Below are positions 59,933-64,000 of a stretch of DNA of 64,000 bases, piece after piece. The first letter of the stretch is position 1. The number at the start of each line of letters is the position of its first letter. Made by a program: the position numbers and the translations under genes. Under the pieces are notes generated by a model, which was given only the letters and a program-made list of their open reading frames with translations, had not been told where the DNA came from and ran no database searches. The DNA comes from Cyanobacteria bacterium P01_F01_bin.150 (GTDB lineage: Bacteria > Cyanobacteriota > Cyanobacteriia > CAKZMO01), in contig JBCCYL010000008.1 of the NCBI GenBank assembly GCA_039189765.1, positions 64,001-128,000 on the forward strand, read 5' to 3'.

Positions 59933-60957
59933 TGGACTTGATCAATGGGTTTACCATGGCGGCTACCATACAGGTGGGTATATGCATAGGTTAAAGCATT
60001 ACCCATAAAAAAGATTTGGCAAGTGAGGTAGATCCAAAACATCAGCACCATGACACCACCAATGACACCATAGGACTTAAATCGACTACCAATACTAATA
60101 ATGCTGTTACTCACCAAATGCTGAAATATGATAAACAGAGCAACAGTCAGAATAGAACCTGGAAGAACATCCCGCCAAGTAATATTGGTGGAAGGGAGGA
60201 CTTTGAATAAGATCATCACAACCACCATAAACATCAAAATGGTGACTCCAAACTGAAGACCGCTAATTAAACCCAGATCATCAATTTGAATAAAGCTGAT
60301 TCTATTATCAACATTCTGAAGCAGCTTATCCAGAACGCCAACAACAATCTTAGATAGAAACGAAATAATAATTAGAACTACAGTGCCTAAAACTAGGGCA
60401 AAAGCCAGAATCTTATTGAACACAAACTGCAAAATAGCAGACACAAAATTCTGTTTGCCTTGGCGTTGCTTATGCAGTTGCCAAATCTTTTGAACGGCTC
60501 GATCTAATGCAGCAAAGACGTTACTTGCCGAGAAAAAGAGAATAATAAAACCGATGATGCTAGCACTAGTACTGTCGTCCTGAAGCTGATTCAACGTACC
60601 AGCAACGATATTATAAGCCTCATCGGAAGGAAGATATTGCCCAACAATATCTAAAAGTGACGACAGATTTAGGCTAGAGGTACAGTATGTCTCCAAAGAC
60701 TGATCCACCTGTGCAAATGAAAACGCAAGCAGATTCTGTAGAGGCTCGTAACAGATAATTCTTGGGGCAACCTTAGCAAGCAAACTCCAAATCACCAGAA
60801 AAATCGGGAATAAAGAGAATAGAGCATAGTATGAGAGAGAAGCTCCCATTTCTAAACACTCAGCCTGTTGCCATCGCATGAATGTATGCACGAAAAGCTG
60901 GATAAAGCGCGATCGCAGCAAATCGTGCAAGAGCGGTGGAATTTTTCGGGGTTTCAT
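59929..60957 (-). CDS. YihY/virulence factor BrkB family membrane protein
   Basis: GASLSYYALFSLFP, FAAL..A...IW, FKVLP, YG.IG.V.VLMFWIY....FF.G. Confidence 0.92.
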   Translation of the reverse strand: MKPRKIPPLLHDLLRSRFIQLFVHTFMRWQQAECLEMGASLSYYALFSLFPIFLVIWSLLAKVAPRIICYEPLQNLLAFSFAQVDQSLETYCTSSLNLSSLLDIVGQYLPSDEAYNIVAGTLNQLQDDSTSASIIGFIILFFSASNVFAALDRAVQKIWQLHKQRQGKQNFVSAILQFVFNKILAFALVLGTVVLIIISFLSKIVVGVLDKLLQNVDNRISFIQIDDLGLISGLQFGVTILMFMVVVMILFKVLPSTNITWRDVLPGSILTVALFIIFQHLVSNSIISIGSRFKSYGVIGGVMVLMFWIYLTCQIFFMGNALTYAYTHLYGSRHGKPIDQVH

Positions 60958-61152
60958 GACAAGGGAAACAGGAATGCATAAATAGATTGAAACGCAAGAA
61001 ATTGTAACATAACGCTTTCCCCGAATACCCACCGAACGTTAACTGCTCTGCGGCAGATGCTACCGCATTAATTTCAGCTTGAGAAACGCCAGCTTCTCCC
61101 ATTTGAGAGGCTACGCTGCATACACGTTTCTGGTTTGGATACACATCCTCCG

Positions 61153-61929
61153 TTATGAAACAGCAATAGACATGTTGATGGCATCACAGCACTGATTCAC
61201 AGGTGGTTGAACCACTTGAGTATCGAGATTATGCCGAGCCAAGGTAGCACGAAATTCCTCGACACTGCCTTCCTGGCTCAGTAAAGAATCTAAAAAACCG
61301 CTGTAGGATACATCCCCTCCAACTGCCGTAGGCAGAAAAAGCTGGGGCGTTAGCTGCTTTGCCAACTTTAAAGCCGTTTCATTACCTTTAATAATGGCTC
61401 CCGCTAGGGGCAAGGCCAAATTTACCACAGGGCTAATCACCGTATTGACGGCATCAATCTTGTCAAGGTTAGCGGGAGGAAACCCATGGGGTTCATAATA
61501 GACGCGATATTGAGTCTTGATATCGGTGATCAAATAACCATTTTCAACCTGTAGACCAATAGGAGCACCGGAAAGAGCCTGAATCATCAAAGAGTCAACA
61601 ATAGTAATAAACTCGCCAGGCGCTAAGGATGTGACATTGAAGTAGCCCAAGGATTTCACCACCTTTACGGCAGCAGGAGACGCCACAACTGGAATGGTTT
61701 TATCGAGTTTTTCAAGAGTAGGCTGATGGGCGTGATCTTCTAAGCCTTGAGATAGAACAATTAAGTCAATATTCTCAGGCAGTGACTCCAAAGGTTGGGC
61801 GCGATCGCCTTTAAATAACCAAGGGCTATTAGCAAAGACTAAAGACTCGACAAGCCAGGGATCAATTAAAATACGCTGTCCGCCCAATTCCAGTAACCAA
61901 CTGTTGGCTCCATAGTAGGTATAGTGCAT
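61153..61929 (-). CDS. MBL-fold metallo-hydrolase
   Basis: NSWLLE.GG.RILIDPWL, LSQGLEDHAH, ENGY, YYEPHG. Confidence 0.9.
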   Translation of the reverse strand: MHYTYYGANSWLLELGGQRILIDPWLVESLVFANSPWLFKGDRAQPLESLPENIDLIVLSQGLEDHAHQPTLEKLDKTIPVVASPAAVKVVKSLGYFNVTSLAPGEFITIVDSLMIQALSGAPIGLQVENGYLITDIKTQYRVYYEPHGFPPANLDKIDAVNTVISPVVNLALPLAGAIIKGNETALKLAKQLTPQLFLPTAVGGDVSYSGFLDSLLSQEGSVEEFRATLARHNLDTQVVQPPVNQCCDAINMSIAVS

Positions 61930-62016
61930 GCTGGTTTCTTCCCTTCCAATCCAATAATGAACAGTTAAAGTAACTTCAACAAATAATCAAACATATTTAT
62001 TTATCTTAACGAAAAA

Positions 62017-62095
62017 TAGTTGCCATTTTAATGCAGAACAGATTCAACAGTGTTGTGGGTGCTCGCGCCCACAACACCCGTCTAAAGTTAGTCCC
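62017..62095 (+). mobile_element. Family A element (diverged)
   Basis: ...CCCGTCTAAAGTTAGTCCC end; perfect stem GTGTTGTGGG/CCCACAACAC. Confidence 0.65.
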
Positions 62096-62360
62096 TCAAA
62101 AAATGACAAACGATTCAATCCTCATTCTTGAACGGGCAGAGGAACTACAGGGCTTGTGTATCGACAAATCCATCGAAAATGACTTACCCTAACTCTTATC
62201 TAGACAATTTTGGATTCAATTAATCCTTTGAGAGATTTCACGGTTTACTAACCGTAAAGTTTGGGTTCTTTATAATCTTTCTGGGTACCATAGGGGTGAA
62301 AATTGAAGCAACTGTTATTCCTCCCACAGCACTCATTATCTTTAGTCAAAGTTAATCTTC

Positions 62361-63044
62361 ATGCAAACTGAAGCATTTAAAGAGCTTTTTCCTCTATTTA
62401 ACTCTGCCAGTCCCGACACTTTGGCAGCTCTCAACAATGTTGTTGTTGAACATGAATATCCCACGAATCGAGCCGTCCTAATGGAAGACTCTTGGGGAAA
62501 TGCTGTTTACTTTATTGCTTCAGGCTGGGTTAAAGTGCGTCGCCATTCCGGTGATAATGTCTTCACCCTTGCAATTCTAGGCAAAGGGGATTTCTTTGGC
62601 GAAATGGCCATCCTAGACGAGTCACCCCGCTCTACTGATGTGATTGCCCTATCCCCAGTCAAGCTGTTCAGTATTTCAGCCCAACAGTTTATCCAAACGC
62701 TCTTTCAAGACTCTCAGCTCCACCATCGCATGCTACAACTTATGGTGAAACGTCTACGCCAGACAAATCTACGATTTCAGCTAACCCGTCAACCATCAGC
62801 GATTAAGTTAGCTCACACCTTAGTAGCACTGGCGCAGCAATATGGTGAACCCAGTGAAACAGGCCGAAAGCTCCTGAATATTCCTGAAGAGGATTTAGCT
62901 AATATCGCCGATATCAGCGCCGATGATACCCACAAAATCATGGAGAAGCTGGTCAGTAAAGAGTGGATTCAAATCGATGAAACAACCCAAATCCTCCATT
63001 TAAAAAACGAACGTCAACTGATTCAGCTATCGCAAAGACGCTAG
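62361..63044 (+). CDS. Crp/Fnr family transcriptional regulator
   Basis: YFI.SG.VKV, GDFFGEMAILD..PRS cNMP-binding domain; C-terminal wHTH-like region. Confidence 0.9.
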   Translation: MQTEAFKELFPLFNSASPDTLAALNNVVVEHEYPTNRAVLMEDSWGNAVYFIASGWVKVRRHSGDNVFTLAILGKGDFFGEMAILDESPRSTDVIALSPVKLFSISAQQFIQTLFQDSQLHHRMLQLMVKRLRQTNLRFQLTRQPSAIKLAHTLVALAQQYGEPSETGRKLLNIPEEDLANIADISADDTHKIMEKLVSKEWIQIDETTQILHLKNERQLIQLSQRR

Positions 63045-63186
63045 ATATCAATAAACGTAATGCATTCCGAAGAATAAGCTTAAGGATCTTTAGGTTTTTC
63101 TAAAGTCCGTGCTAGGCTCCAAATTAACCAGAGGTCTAAAGCAAACATTATGCTTCAGATCCATACTTTTCATCGGGAGGATTTTC

Positions 63187-63672
63187 ATGGTTTTAAAGAC
63201 TCCACCACCTCCATCTATCTCACCTCGGCAAATGAATGTTCTCCGCATTGCCACATCCATGGCTTGGTGTGATGGTGAACTATCAGCCGAAGAATCAGAT
63301 GTCATGCTGGAGCGACTGAGCAGAATATTTGAATCGGATCAAGTTCAACAAGCGAATTTACAAGCAGAACTCCAATCCTATCTCACCCAAAATATTCCGA
63401 TTACAGAATTAGTGCCAAAGCTCCAAACCCAAGCAGAGAAAGAGCTGGTGTTAAGGCTAGGTTATGAAGTGATTCGAGCCAGTGCACGATCCCCAGAGGA
63501 AGATGTTGTCAATAATGACGAGACGGTTGCATATAGCCACCTTAAACGTCTTTTAGATTTACCCCATGGCGATATTCAGCGAATCGAAGCAGAAGTAGAA
63601 GCTAATCAACCCCCCTCTGAGGCAATTCTTGATACGTTAATGCGTGAGTTAAGGACATTTGCTTCCAAATAG
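63187..63672 (+). CDS. TerB family protein
   Basis: MAWCDGELSAEE motif; start chosen at MVLKTPP. Confidence 0.85.
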   Translation: MVLKTPPPPSISPRQMNVLRIATSMAWCDGELSAEESDVMLERLSRIFESDQVQQANLQAELQSYLTQNIPITELVPKLQTQAEKELVLRLGYEVIRASARSPEEDVVNNDETVAYSHLKRLLDLPHGDIQRIEAEVEANQPPSEAILDTLMRELRTFASK

Positions 63673-63720
63673 CACGTCTTAGCCTCAACAAGTGCGGTGA
63701 TAGGGCTAAGAAGCGTAACT

Positions 63721-64000
63721 TTACGTGCACTCAAGGACAGCAGCCATAATCGCGATCGCTCCCAATGGAGCCGTCACGGCTCTCAAAACCCTGGGTCCCA
63801 AGGAAATAGGCTGATATCCCAGGGCGATTGCCGCTTGCACCTCTGATGGCGTCCATCCCCCTTCTGGTCCCACAGCAACGGTAATAGTTTTATGGGACTC
63901 TTGTAACATAGAGTCCATTTTTTTTGGGGTACTCGTTGTAGCCATCAACTCAAGCATTGCCGCTAGTAAATGCGGCGGCGCATCCATATTTTCATCCGAT
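63721..64000 (-). CDS. rsmE: 16S rRNA m3U1498 methyltransferase RsmE (3' end; gene continues beyond the window)
   Basis: VGPEGGWT..E...A......ISLGPRVLRAVTA. Confidence 0.93.
   Translation of the reverse strand, partial: SDENMDAPPHLLAAMLELMATTSTPKKMDSMLQESHKTITVAVGPEGGWTPSEVQAAIALGYQPISLGPRVLRAVTAPLGAIAIMAAVLECT

Larger units (their letters stand above)
1..64000. repeat. HIP1 octamer GCGATCGC, highly iterated
   Basis: Dozens of copies, roughly one per kb by eye (e.g. 819, 2563, 6483, 12033, 29333, 45424). Confidence 0.95.

Overview
Cyanobacterial chromosomal DNA. The HIP1 octamer GCGATCGC is very abundant, and there are cyAbrB, NarM-like and bluetail/RTX proteins plus heptamer tandem repeats; a filamentous Leptolyngbyaceae-like host is an inference. 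The window holds about 50 mostly housekeeping or accessory CDSs: nusB, ssb, amylosucrase, a Ni/Co ECF transporter, dcd, thyX, a PEP-utilising protein, an Omp85 protein, an RND pump, NDH-2, lysC and partial rsmE. Two pseudogenes are adjacent (CcbP-like with one nonsense codon; a decayed Roc-COR-TIR gene). I found no rRNA, tRNA, CRISPR array or transposase. Two signals stand out. (1) A 102-aa lipoprotein built from 12 [D/N]PC repeats sits upstream of a YHS-domain lipoprotein with a near-identical signal peptide, in a neighbourhood with Omp85, DedA, DoxX, NDH-2 and RND genes; this is a candidate periplasmic metal/thiol-buffering or RiPP-like system. (2) Several families of tiny intergenic palindromic elements occur, chiefly an ~80-bp element in at least 8 copies with fixed ends, a hairpin that varies in sequence but stays paired, and direct repeats resembling target-site duplications. 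All family assignments come from motif recognition by eye, not from database searches.
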